From: the human T2T-CHM13v2.0 reference genome, Homo sapiens
NCBI RefSeq assembly: GCF_009914755.1
Contig: NC_060935.1
Strand: one strand, 5' to 3'
Length of the DNA stretch: 64,000 nucleotides
Shown here: piece by piece, positions 53,200 through 64,000 of the stretch
How the letters are laid out: each line of letters starts with the position of its first letter
Position numbering within the stretch: the first letter of the stretch is position 1
Notes under the pieces: model-generated
Seen by the model: the letters and a program-made list of their open reading frames with translations, nothing else
Database searches by the model: none
Told to the model about the DNA's origin: nothing
Position numbers and translations under genes: made by a program

Positions 53200-54395
53200 A
53201 CATAAACACTACCAATCTGCCAACATCCATTCACTTATATGCTGTCTCCCTACCTGCTACTACACATAAATTATCTGTTCCCCAATCCAAAGCCAAGAAA
53301 ACCACTTTGCTGTGTGCTGGACTGAGGCCATGCTCTTATTGCTTACACAAGGGCATTGGTCTAACAGTCTCTCCTTTTCTTCTTTGATCGACATTTACTT
53401 CTATATTGGATCATTACATCAGAAAAGAAGCAATTTTTAAGTATCTCTTTTCTTTAAAAAAATCCTTCCATTGAGCCTACTTCTTTCATCAATTGTTATC
53501 CCATTCCATTCTTTCTCCTTTGGAACAAAACTCAAGAGATATCTATGCTTGTTTCCCACTTCTCTCCTTTCATTCTTTGATAGTGCCTTTTAGTCATACT
53601 CAATATCTAATGCTTTCTGAAAATGCTTTTCTCAAGGACACCAATGACCCTTGTATCATGACATTTAATGGTCACTTCTCATTTCTAATTTTATTAAATC
53701 AATTAGCAACATTTAAATCAGTTTTCCTTGTCAGACTCTCTAAACTTAACCAAGATTCCCCAATTAGTAAATATGTCCAGCTCTGACTTCTGTCTTGAAG
53801 TTAAGACTTGGAAATCCAATCTCTTTTATGTCACTTCCATCTGAATGACTAATAGATTCCTTGAACTGAACAGGTCTAAAGATGTGCTCCCCAAATCCAG
53901 TCTATCAGGAAATCCAATAGACTCAACCTTCAACATGTATTCCAAATTCAACTATTTCTAATCACTTTTAGATCTGTCACCCAGTTCCAAGCCACCATTA
54001 TCTTTTACCTGGATTATTGCAATTGCCTCTCCCTACTCCTCCTGCTTTTATTTCAATTTCCCCCAGTCCAATATTTGATTCTCAACACCATACTCAGAGG
54101 TATCTTTTAAATTCACAAGTCAGTCACATCATTTCACACCTCTACTCAAAACTTTGCAATAGCTCTCTATGTCACTCAGGGTAAAATCTAAAACTACTAT
54201 AATTGCTAAATATCTGACAGCTATACTCTGGCTGCCCTATTCTTTCTCTGAACACCTCTCTTACAACAAACAGCCTTTCTGTTCCTCTTCCTAGCCAGGT
54301 AGACTCTTGCTATAAAACCTTTACATAGGCTATTTTCTCGGCCTGGAAAACTTTATTCCAATCATTTGCATGACTAACTCATTTCTTATTTTTAG
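53200..54395 (+). mobile_element. L2 fragment
   Basis: ctcaaggacaccaatgacc...ggtcacttctca, ttccaagccaccattatcttttacctggattattgcaat, and tcaaaactttgcaatagctc are typical L2 3' region motifs. Confidence 0.8.
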
Positions 54396-54412
54396 ATGGG
54401 AAGAAATAATAT

Positions 54413-54706
54413 ATTTATTTTGAGATGGAGTCTCACTCTGTCACCCGGTCTGGAGTGAAATGGCACAACCTCAGCTCGCTGCAAACTCCGCCTCCCAGGT
54501 TCCAGCGATTCTCCTGCCTCAGCCTCCCAAGTAGCTGGAATTACAGGTGTGTGACACCATGCCTGGCTAATTTTTGTATTTTTAGTGGAGATAGGGTTTC
54601 ACCATGTTGGCCAGGCTGGTCTCTCCAACTCCTGACTGCAAGTGATCTGCTCACCTCGGCCTCCCAAAGTGCTGGGATTACAGGCATGAGCCACCTCACC
54701 CAGCCC
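54413..54706 (-). mobile_element. Alu (AluS-like) inserted at the 3' end of the viral fossil
   Basis: Antisense dimer; TSD agaaataatat at 54402-54412 and 54707-54717. Confidence 0.93.
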
Positions 54707-55900
54707 AGAAATAATATTTTAGATAGTATTGTCCTTACTCCTGCACAAGTAGGGCTGCTACTCTCAAGTCCAGACTTTGGAGTATCTTCATTAAAATTTT
54801 CCAAATTTTCTTTCAGTATCTGGGACTGGGCAGTGCTTTTGATGGGGCATTCCAGCCCAGACCCAACTGCATGGATCCCCTTCCTGTTTTTCCTGTTTGG
54901 GAAGCTTTTTGTCACTCTATTCCATGGGATTACCCAGACATCCTCAGAAGCTCTGGCTGCTGCACCTATGAAGTTATCCCAGGCTCTGTGGCCAGGATCA
55001 GAGTAGCAGGAGTACAGCTTGACAAGCAAATGTCTTCCAGAGGCTAGTTCATTATTTTTTTCATGGGATTGTACTACATTGGTTACTAGAATTGTATTGA
55101 CATGATGATTCTGGGTGACATAGGACAGGGACAAAGTTCTGGGATATAAATGAGCCCCTACCAACCCTTGGCCTTGGAAATGTGTGTGGGGCTTAGTCAG
55201 CTTTTATCTGTTCATACTTCGATGCAGTGCCAGCATCTATGGCCCTGCAGGTGGTAAGAGTGATGGCAGACATCTTTTATCTTGTGCATCCTTAATGCTG
55301 GCACACAAAAAGGCCATCTCGTCTCTTCCGCAGGCTCTATGCTATGTGTCAGGAAGTTCTTTATGGGTGGCTAGGCTTATCCATTTCAACGGCTTTAACG
55401 ACCTTTGCTCTGGAGTGTTGACTAACCTGTCCAATGGTTGCCCTTTCTTGCTTCCTTTGGTAACAAGGATGTTAACATTGTATTCTCCTGTGTTGATCTT
55501 AAGCCGTATGTGATGAGGGACATGTCTCGCATGAATGAAACCACTTTTCTTGATTCTGCAGTCAGTTTTTTCATCTGTCCTCTGCCTTGGTGGTGGTGTT
55601 TGCAAGGTAGGGCTATTGACAATGTCAAAAGATATCACTTTCCAGGAATACCTTGATTATAGTCTAATGTGCTCAATAGAAGTCATGGTTGGAAGATGTA
55701 TAGTCCTATACTAATGCTTTAAAATTCCTAAAGGTCAATTTGACATAACCAAGAAAGGAACTTGTTCACATAATCTTGCAGGCTCTGGTTATCAGACTTG
55801 TGTCTGTGATCATTACTAAGAAAATGTCTTTGAGAGAGTCATTGGAATCCCATATTCATGGACAGCCCCATAAATGATGCAACATCATAAGTAATGAGGT
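54707..55900 (-). pseudogene. Endogenous bornavirus-like L polymerase element (EBLL): PRNTase/capping region and downstream region, degenerate
   Basis: Collinear peptide blocks [60 protein letters not shown] and [10 protein letters not shown] match Borna disease virus L as I recall it ([74 protein letters not shown]). Boundaries are approximate. Confidence 0.85.
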
Positions 55901-56193
55901 AAAATAGAGTTAAATAAGTAGTAGTAAAGAAGTGCAAAGGCATTATTTCAGCATATGCAGGATTTGCAAAGAACAAGAAGAGATGGTTCCTGGACATGAA
56001 TAGGAAGAGATGCCTGGACAGCAGGCTATTCCTTCACCTGCTATTTCTTCTCCTTGACTATGGCTCTCTCTGTCTCTGTCTTTCTCTTTTCTGATTTAAA
56101 CTATTTAAACTTTTCTGAGTTATTCTATTTTTCATAACTGTGCAAATATAATATATTTCTTATATTATTGCCTTACTCCATCTTTACAATCTT

Positions 56194-56500
56194 TCTCTCT
56201 TTTTTTTTTTTTTTTGATACAGGATCTTGCTCTGTCACCCAGGCTGGAGAGCAGTGGTGCAAATACAGTTCACTGCAGCCTCGACCTCCTGGGCTTAGGC
56301 AATCCTCCTACCACATTCTCTGGAGTAGTTGGGACCACCAGCAAGTGCTGCCATACCCAGCTAATTTAAAAAAAAAATTTATAGAGTTGGGGTCTCCCTA
56401 TTGTTGCCTAGGCTAGTGTCAAACTCCTGGGCTTCAGTCATCTTCCTGCCATGGCCTCACAAACAGCTTGGATTACAGGTTTGAGCCACCATGCCTGGCC
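56194..56500 (-). mobile_element. Alu (AluJ-like)
   Basis: TSD catctttacaatctt at 56179-56193 and 56501-56515. Confidence 0.95.
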
Positions 56501-56899
56501 CATCTTTACAATCTTATTTTCATGTTACAGTACTAATAAAAATTAAGCAAAGCAGGATATGGGATAAAGTAGAATATTCTAACTGTATAGCTGTGGTTTG
56601 AAGTGAGAACCAGGATTCAAGAATGAATTGCTGAAGTCTTGTTGCTGAGTGATATTTCAAAAATATCACCATAACCAGGACTGTGGTCTATGCCAGGTGA
56701 CTTTTCTGTTTCAGAACACACATCTAAAATCCAATGACAAGGAAACACTTCTCTGTAAATTACTAGACAATTGAAGTAACGGTGCTTCTGGCCCTTGACT
56801 TTTTTGATGAATCACTTCAATCCTACATTTTTCTGTGGGATGTGAATAGATATAAAAATAGGCAGGATATCACACACACCAAAAGAAAAACTGAAAAAA

Positions 56900-57270
56900 A
56901 ATAATAAAGTGGAATTTAGTGAATGGGTTGAAGTACAGATGAAACAAAAATGGCACATGATTAGTAATTGTTGAGGCTGAGTGATGGGGTCTATTACGCT
57001 ATTTTATTTGTTGTGTATATGTTTTAAATTTTCTATAATATAATACTTGTATAAGAAGAGAAAGTTGATGTACAATGTTGGCTCTTAAGACATTGGTTAC
57101 CTTTATAGGGGAAGGAGGAAGAAAGTGATTGTTGGTGGTGTAAGTGAGGCTGGTTTTACTTCTTGGTTACGTACGTATATTTGCCTTGTAATAATTCATC
57201 AACCTTTACATGAATGCTTTGTGTGTGTATTTCTGTAAGCATGTCATTCATCACTGAGAAAATTAAAAAT
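56900..57270 (+). mobile_element. Ancient L1 (L1MC/ME) 3'UTR fragments
   Basis: taattgttgaggctgagtgatggg and taataattcatcaacctttaca motifs. Confidence 0.55.
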
Positions 57271-57774
57271 CACATATTTGCAAAGAAATAGGTAAAAATG
57301 TTTAGAGACTGTGGAAAGCAGCCAATTGTTTGATATGGTCCCTTTCTAAAGGGACCTGAGGAGATCAGTTTAAGTTGTCCCTCAAGCTTCAGTCTCAATG
57401 CTACGTTATCTTAAACAGACCATATCTTCTTTTCATATAAAATAAAATAAAAAGATAAAATTTTCTGGGAGAAAAAAGATCATGTTTCAATTACTCTATA
57501 CCTCTTTGCATACTTATACATAAAATGTTATTCTTTAATAAGCACTCATCTCATTGCTACCATAGTCCCAAAACAACACACGTTGTCCTTATTGACTAAT
57601 GCTGCCTTGTCCCAGAAATCGCTCTTTAGTAAGTAGTGAGTAGGCATTTTCCCCGAATTCTGCAGAAACATATTTCATCACAGTACACAGTGTTGTATTC
57701 CTGAACACAAAGGGAAAGGAAAGCATCTTCAAATAGAAACCCAGAAGAAGTTAAAACAAACAAACAAACAAAAA

Positions 57775-58190
57775 CTCTAATTATCAGGGCCATGAAAGTT
57801 TTGCAAACTCTCGAACAAGTCAAACCACATAAAATTGCTTCTTAGAAAATCATACTGATGGGACATTTCCAAACCCTGGGGGAATGGAGGAACTATTCTG
57901 CAAGTTCATGACCTCTCAGGGAAACCTCTTTAAATTCCTGTTAGAAATCAAGGAGGAAACTTTTGCTCCTTTATTTTTATTTTTTTCCTGAGACCATGTT
58001 GAAGACAGCACCTGAAAAGGAGTGGGGAACACTCCCTACCTCATCTGCCAGAGATGCTCTTCCTTTGTCTATTAAATGTAGAAGGAAGAGCTGAAAACAA
58101 CATCATGTTTAGCCACTGGATGGATTCTTCACTATAGAGAATAGGAGACTGGCATCACCAAAATTTTCAAGGAACTGATAAATGGTGAGA
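57775..58190 (+). promoter_or_regulatory. Candidate OR promoter and 5' non-coding exon for an OR beyond the window end
   Basis: TAATTA at ~57778, O/E(EBF)-like CCCTGGGG at 57874 and TCTCAGGGA at 57914, and donor ATG|GTGAGA at 58185, in non-repetitive DNA. Motif-only inference. Confidence 0.35.
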
Positions 58191-58234
58191 TTATAATTCA
58201 AATTTTTGCATTTTCTGAGAGGATTTCAAGTTAT

Positions 58235-58480
58235 GTTGTAGTGCTTCAAAGTGTGGGTGTTGTGGTCAGGATACAAATTTTAATGCCATGCATGAGCTTA
58301 CACTTAATAATTGTAAACTTGGGCAGTTACATAGCCTTTCTGATTCTCTGACTCCTCATATTTAATGAGGACAATAATATTAGTAAGCTTGAAGAATGTG
58401 GAAACAAATAAAATAATACATGCAGAGACCATAGGATGGCACTTGACACATAATAGGTACCCAGTAAACAGCAGCTGTTA
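58235..58480 (+). mobile_element. MIR
   Basis: cttgggcagttacatagcctttctgattctctgactcctcatatttaatgaggacaataata. Confidence 0.7.
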
Positions 58481-59020
58481 TAACAAAATGAAAGCTGGTG
58501 GTTTTTGGAGGATCAAAGCACCTAATTACTTCAAGTTTAATAAAATAATTACCATTTATCCTCTAATGCTCCCACTTTCCTGATGTTTTAAAGAGTAGAA
58601 TTTCCTGAGGCTGTATAGAGAAAACTGATGTAACATGGATAATTCAAGTACTACTGTATCATTTACAGAGCTAAATACTGATTATATTTACTGATATAGA
58701 ATGATACTGACGATATTTACTGATATAGAGTGAAACATTCACTATTTCCACAATTATCCCCTAACAAATGACCCTGAGAAGGACACCAAGGATGAAAAAT
58801 CATGACCCAAGCCACAGAGTAAATTCTTCTAACTATGGCCCCCTCACTTTTCCCAAGTGCATCTCATGTCATAAGTAGCTTTAAGTTCCCTCCTTTGAAT
58901 TGTTTAGGAAAATTTAAATGCCTGAAGCTGTGAATTGCTTTAGAACTAGTTGTCATGGCTTTGTCTCCTCCTTAAAATGAGATAAATCACTAAGAAAACA
59001 GAAAAAAAAAAAAAAAAAAG

Positions 59021-59335
59021 AGCCAGGCATGGTGTCCCATGCCTGTAATCTCATCACTTTGGGAGGCTGAGGCAGGCAGATCACCTGGGGTCAGGAGTTC
59101 AAGACCAGCCTGGCCAACATGGCAAACCCCAGTCTCTACTAAAAATACAAAAATTAGCCAGGTGTGGTGGTGGGTGCTTGTAATTTCAGCTACTCGGGAG
59201 GATGAGGCAGGAGAAATGCTTGAACCCACGAGGGGAGGTGGAGGTCTCAGTAAGCTGAGATTGTGCCACTGCCCTCCAGCCTAGGAGATAAGAGAAATTC
59301 TGTCTCAAAAAAATAAAAGAAAGAAAAAGAAAAAA
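59021..59335 (+). mobile_element. Alu (AluS-like)
   Basis: Dimer preceded by an A-run and followed by an A-rich tail. Confidence 0.93.
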
Positions 59336-60389
59336 GGAAGGGTCAGGCATCCAATAGACAGGAGAAAGGACACGAGTGGAAAAAGAAAACTTTTTTTTTC
59401 TTTCAAATTCCAGAAAGTAATGGTATAAAAGTTGGAGCATTTAGGGAAATCAACAGAGCAACACTGAAAACAGGAAATGATCTGAAATTCTGAAAGTTGA
59501 AGAGAGCATTATTTCCCACATTGCTAGGGAAAGGAACATGCTTAGCTAGACAGGCCAGGAAAAAACTTTTCATTGTTGAATAATAATCCTGGATCAAAAA
59601 TGTGGTAGATTTAAGAAACTTAACAGGGGGGATAGTTAAAAATAGGATTTTGATTTGTTCTTCTTCTTTGTCATAACAATATTTATTTGGAAAAATGTAT
59701 GCAAATGTGACTAATATGCATTCATATGTCCATATAAATGTCTCTAAAATTTACTGCTTGAACTATAACTACAAAATGTTACTTGTAATGATAACCTTAC
59801 TACTAATACTTCTTATAGTTTTGAATGTTGTATATACTTCATACTTGAAATAGGAATTCTATTATTTCCAGGACAAATAGAATTAGTTTTGTTGTTAAAA
59901 CTGATGGGAAGGAAATAGTAGGCAATGTGTATAGAGGGGAATGAGGAAGCCACTTCCTCAGGTCACAGCCCAAGAAATGGCCCAGCAACCACAGTTCATG
60001 ATGTGAGGGGCCATGGGGCAGTCTCAGGGGTGGCTCCAGCATATTAAGTGTGTGGTTATCAAGAAAGGAAAGACCACGGAATGTTCTATGAGAAACATGA
60101 ACAAAATAAACCACTACCTATAGGAAAATATGAATTTTAAATTGATATTAAAATAAATGTCTAAAGGGTGGAGAGGGCTGGGCCCATAATATGGCTATTT
60201 ATGGGAAGTATAGGAAGTTTAAAATTTTTAGTATTTGATTCTGTGTTATGTTAGCTTATTAGTTTCATGTGTGCAAATGAGTTATCCCCAAACTCCATCT
60301 CCTTTTTGAACTGTTTAGATGGTGGAAAATATGGCTGTGTGAGTTTTAAACTTGATGTTTAATTTTAAATATTCTTACAATAATACAGG

Positions 60390-60820
60390 ATATACAGAGA
60401 AAATAGAGTCTCTGTCATTTTATATGTTTCCTTCTAGATCATAAAATTATATTAAAAATATCTATCCAATTGGCAGAGTTATATTTTTTCTGTTTTCTCA
60501 CTTAAAATATTGTAAAAATACCTCAACTTCTATGTCCTCATGTCATTAATTAGTATTTTATTTATAGCAAATGTGATATTAATTTGTGATAGTCTAATTT
60601 AGATGAATATCTTCCTATGATTGTATATTTTAGATATTTCTCAATTTTCACATTGAAAATTGAGATGACATTGCACCATCTTTTATTATAAAACTTTCCC
60701 ATCTCATTTCACTTTTGGAATATGTTCTTAGAGTTGAGGTTACTGGTATAAATAAAATAAACATGTTTATAATTCTGAAGCTATTTACTAATATGTTTTA
60801 CAAAAGGATGACATGAATTA
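60390..60820 (-). mobile_element. Ancient L1 (L1ME-type) fragment
   Basis: ttttctcacttaaaatattg, gatatttctcaattttca and gaggttactgg degenerate motifs. Confidence 0.5.
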
Positions 60821-61164
60821 AGCAGTTTTATTGTAATTTTAGAATGGATGTAACTTAAAAATAGCATGATTTTGAACACACGTATTATACTCTTATGATC
60901 GATTCAATTTTCCAGCTCACTTTGTGTATGTAGATGCTGCTTAAAAATAATGTTGACATAAAGATTTCATATCTTCCTTTTAATTTATACTTTGCAAAGT
61001 ACATTCACAATAACTGTCTATTGGACTCTCATGGGTCAGGAAGCTTCAGGTATTGCTACCTATTTTATAGCAGAGGATGCTGAAACATAGCGCTTTGTTC
61101 ATGATACATGGCTAGTAGATGAAGCAGAGATTGCTATCTTTTTGATAGCAGAAAAAAATTACTT

Positions 61165-61415
61165 TTTAATTAACTTTTCATTAGAAGTAATTTTAGATTA
61201 AGAGAAAGGTTGTGAAGATAGTATAGAGAGCTTCTGTATACTACTCACTTAGTTTCCCTTAATATTTTCTTCTTACACTACTATTTGTGAAGACTATGAA
61301 ATGAACGTTGATATATACTATTAACTAAACACCAGGTTTATTCATATTTGACTATTTTTTCTCCTGTCTTTTTTCTATTCTAGGATTCAATCTTAAGCAA
61401 CACATCACATTTAAG
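61165..61415 (-). mobile_element. L1MC-type 3' end
   Basis: taattttagattaagagaaaggttgtgaagatagtatagagag...ctattaactaaac. Confidence 0.7.
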
Positions 61416-61849
61416 ACTCTTTTAAAATGATTTAAAACCATAAATCTTGTTATCATACATTATGAAGATGCTATACTTTCTATTGTCAAAGTTTCCACAC
61501 TAATTTTGGAAATTCCTTTTATCTGAAATAAGTGGTTGGTTTCTTTATATCTACTAAATATTTTAATTCTAAAATGTTATTCTTCTTAGAACAGCCCAGC
61601 TAAAGGAAGTGGAGAGATTAAGAATTGTTTAATTATTAGATTAATATAGAGCCTTGTCTTTCTTTCCATCTCCAACTTTTATGGAGTTTTCTATGTACAA
61701 TGAAGCTATTTGAAATAGAAGTGGATATTTGACAGAATGGGGGCCACAGTACTTTATTCAGGGATTACTAAAGACATTTAAAAGTGTTGTGCATTTTAAA
61801 ATATCATGTCTGCACTGAGACAGACCAAATAAAATATTTAACATTTTTC

Positions 61850-62264
61850 AAAATTTATTTTTATTTTTATTTTTTTCTCTTTTAAAATTTTTTTATTATA
61901 CTTTAAGTTCTAGGGTACATGTGCACAACGTGCATGTTTGTTACATACGTATACATGTGCCATGTTGGTGTGCTGCACCCATTAACTCGTCATTTACATT
62001 AGGTATATCTCCTAATGCTATACCTCCCCCCTACCCCCACCTCACAACAGGCCCCGGTGTGTGATGTCCCACTTCCTGTGTCCAAGTGTTCTCATTGTTC
62101 AATTCCCACCTATAAGTGAGAACATACAGTGTTTGTTTTTTTGTCCTTGTGATAGTTTGCTGAGAATGATGGTTTCCAGTTTCATCCATGTCCCTACAAA
62201 TGACATGAACTCATCCTTTTTTATGGCTGCATAGTATTCCATAGTGTATATGTGGCACATTTTC
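61850..62264 (-). mobile_element. 5'-truncated L1PA 3' end
   Basis: ttattatactttaagttctagggtacatgtgcacaacgtg 3'UTR plus ORF2 end. Confidence 0.93.
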
Positions 62265-62480
62265 TTTTTTTTAAATTTTTGATTATTATACTTTAAGCTT
62301 TAGGGTACATGTGCACAACGTGCAGGTTAGTTACAGATGTATACATGTGCCATGTTGCTGTGCTGCACTCATTAACTCGTTATTTAACATTAGGTGTATC
62401 TCCTAATGCTGTCCCTCCTCACTCCCCCCACCCCACAACAGGCCCCGGTGTGTGATGCTCCCCTTCCTGTGTCCATGTGT
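62265..62480 (-). mobile_element. Second short L1PA 3'UTR, in tandem with the previous one
   Basis: A second T-tail and 3'UTR ending at cctgtgtccatgtgt. Confidence 0.9.
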
Positions 62481-62664
62481 TAAAGGATGAGTAAAACCAC
62501 CTTGGTCTTGGTAAAGCAAAAATTAGTGTAAAAATGTTATTTCTGCTCTGTGTCAATGGCTCTGAGGGCTTGTTCTCACCACTCATCATGATCTTCTATG
62601 CTTCTTACTGCATCAGTGCTTTTGTGTGTATTGCTTTCTTATACTCACAAGATATGTATAGATA

Positions 62665-62815
62665 GACATCATATCCATTTACTGAAGTGGAAGCTGAGGC
62701 TTTGAGAATGTTAAGAATTTGAAGTGACTTGTTCTAACATGCCATAGAACAAGTAGGAGAGCTTGGATTTGAACCTACGTCTATATGAGTCTGGAACTGA
62801 AGTTCTTACTCATTT
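62665..62815 (-). mobile_element. MIR
   Basis: ccattttactgaagtggaagctgaggct...gaagtgacttg...ggatttgaacct. Confidence 0.7.
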
Positions 62816-63804
62816 CACTTCATCGTATTTCCCACTTTGGCTCTCGGCTAAGCTGAGCACTGTTGGATCATTTACTAACATGCTTTCCTTTGCAATAAAT
62901 GGTTATTGACTTATCTAATAACCTTATAAGGTTTGTTCCAGCTCATATTTTCCTGATGATAACTTATAACTGTATATGGAATTCCTAGTGCAGACACTGG
63001 TTACAAATGAAACTGAAAACATAATGGAAATGATTGTTTTAAAATAAGCAAAAGAACATATATTAACATACACAATTGTATATTTGTTAGTTTTATTAAC
63101 ATTTTAAATTGTTTCTGTTAACTCCAAGTGACATTCATAAAAATCAGCTTATTTAAATCTCAAAATAAATCTCTTTATTCTTTTTTATTCACTTATTTTT
63201 TAACAAAGGTGTATACACATATAAATATACACATATACAAATATTCAAACACACACTTATATATGGTAATTGAAAAACACATTTCAATTATATATATATA
63301 GGTGAAGACAGAATTATCCTTTAAAGCTGTGTCTGCCTGTGGAAATGAAGTCAAAAGTTGGAGAGTAATTATCTAGATGACTCATGAAAAAGCTTTTTGT
63401 AGATAAGGTGGCTGACTTTTTAAGTGAGTAAATACAATTGGTAAGAGCACTTTATTATAAGTAAAATTTTCACATTTTCAAATCTGACCATCATCATAAT
63501 CCTGAGACATGAGCAGGTAAGCTATATATAAACACCTCTGCTACACAATAATGCATATAAAGTTGAAATATACACTTCTTTTAGGAATTAAACTTCATTA
63601 GACCTGATTACTTTATATAAATAATTGGAAAATAATTAATAAAGCCTCAAGATTCCGGTTTACATTCAATATATTGTTTCTCTTCCTTACTTATGTGGTT
63701 GATGCCAATTTGTACATGCAAGTGTTTGTAGAAAGGCCATTCCTACTTTGAAGTTCTTACTGGAAAAGGAATATCCCCACTCCTTTCCCTGCTGATCTAG
63801 TGGA

Positions 63805-63930
63805 AAGGAATTGGGTGTTGGAGCCTGAGATTTTGTGTTAATATCCCAGATTGTCTGTTATTTGCTTAAACTTAACTTCTTTAAGCATGAGTTTCCCACC
63901 AATCAAATAGGAATAATAAGACCTAATGCA
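63805..63930 (+). mobile_element. MIR fragment
   Basis: cttaacttctttaagcatgagtttcccaccaatcaaataggaataata. Confidence 0.55.
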
Positions 63931-64000
63931 GACCATTCCCTAGGGCAGTCGGTCCTTAGCCTTCCATTGTTTCACCAGTTATCATAACAACATTCTGTTG

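Noticed and set aside
54425-55006. 193-aa + strand ORF
   Set aside because: Half is antisense Alu and half is the antisense shadow of the open viral frame.
54780-55420. Resemblance of NTPEQRSLK and VGSG to bornavirus glycoprotein G
   Set aside because: The spacing is incompatible with G; the same stretch aligns collinearly and better to L.
55615-55640. ISFDIVN resembling a Penelope-type reverse transcriptase motif
   Set aside because: No other RT motifs follow; the L-homologous frame here is a different one (YLLTLS).
54381-56163. atttcttat at 54381 and 56155 as the TSD of the viral insertion
   Set aside because: Only 9 AT-rich bases, and about 250 nt beyond the last recognisable viral homology.

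Overview
Primate, most likely human, DNA from a class II olfactory receptor (OR) family-4 cluster. The paralogy to OR4A15 and OR4C6 and the recalled gene order point to the chr11q11-q12 OR4A/OR4C cluster; this placement is inferred, not looked up. There is no intact protein-coding gene. Three + strand OR pseudogenes lie at 1533-2476, 20055-20991 and 47329-48191; the second has only a single 1-bp insertion. The rest is densely packed with repeats: a full-length dead L1PA2/3, two 5'-inverted (twin-primed) L1s, a truncated HERV-I/IP-type provirus, MaLR/ERV1/ERVL LTRs, Tigger-family DNA transposons, Alus, MIR and L2. The main result is a ~1.2 kb stretch (about 54707-55900, minus strand) that matches none of the repeat families I recognise and translates collinearly into the capping (PRNTase) and downstream region of a bornavirus-type L polymerase, i.e. 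an endogenous bornavirus-like L element (EBLL). Second, two L1 copies 15.5 kb apart share the same premature stop, frameshift and missense changes, suggesting local non-allelic gene conversion. All comparisons with reference proteins and consensus sequences are from memory and need confirming by search.
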